A stretch of DNA of 63,641 nucleotides, the filler included, from Octopus bimaculoides (taxonomy: Eukaryota), in assembly GCF_001194135.2 (NCBI RefSeq). It is 5 parts of 4 records of this genome, joined end to end, with 100 filler letters (N's around TTAATTAATTAA, not from the genome) between each part and the next. Parts side by side here need not be neighbours in the genome. Positions count along the whole stretch, not along the records: positions 49,014 to 63,641 come from NC_068985.1; 4 more parts are not named here. One strand, given 5' to 3'. The notes below the pieces were generated by a model, which was given only the letters and a program-made list of their open reading frames with translations, made no database searches and was not told where the DNA came from. Below are positions 63,335 through 63,641 of this stretch, piece after piece; positions within the stretch are counted from its first letter, which is position 1; each line of letters begins with the position of its first letter. The position numbers and the translations under genes are program-made.

Positions 63335-63641
63335 CATATAATGACACCTGCACATTAGCCAGTCCGGCGGCACTGGCAATGAACTCGCTCGAATGTCTTT
63401 ACACGTGCCAAGAAGGCGACGCTGGGCACAGGTGCCACCACGATTTCGCTTTCGCTTGCCCTGACAGGTCTTCGCAAGCCGAGTTTTGTATCCAATGAAG
63501 GAGACTACGTTGGCATGGGTGCCAGTCGTCGAATTTAGTTCAATTTCGATTTCACTTGCCTCAGCAGGTCTTCGCAAGCGGAGTTTAGTGTCCAATGAAG
63601 GAAAGGTACGCATAAGTGGGCTGGCTACACCCCTGGAAGAG
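63335..63641 (-). mobile_element. Family A-related retroposon, 5' region; homologous to 57-360
   Basis: Shares CACGATTTC..CACTTGCCC..CAGGTCTTC.CAAGC.GAGTTT.GTGTCC and GTCGAATTTAGTTC with the start of the window. Confidence 0.75.

Overview
AT-rich, microsatellite-dense animal genomic DNA, not prokaryotic. The retroposon content and exon homology fit a cephalopod such as Octopus (inference). Four identical 100-bp spacers (N44-TTAATTAATTAA-N44) cut the window into five separately assembled segments (1-20735, 20836-23677, 23778-38050, 38151-48913, 49014-63641), so adjacency across them is unproven. Segment 1 carries eight phase-consistent GT-AG coding exons of an RNF123/KPC1 E3 ubiquitin ligase gene on the + strand, and the gene is cut off at the first spacer. 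The rest is mostly transposable elements: mariner and maT copies, MITEs, SINEs, and fragments of RTE, CR1, R4 and Penelope-like retroelements. There is also one near full-length but inactivated Tx1/L1-type LINE. The most interesting signal is a set of unrelated repeat families, each carrying a minimal type I hammerhead ribozyme motif with a palindromic helix III. One motif sits at the 3' end of the LINE, which is bracketed by ~142-bp direct repeats of a multi-hairpin domain. A diverged homolog of that hammerhead-plus-domain module at 38.5-38.7 kb keeps the hairpins through compensatory changes. All alignments and folds were done by eye; no database search or folding software was run.
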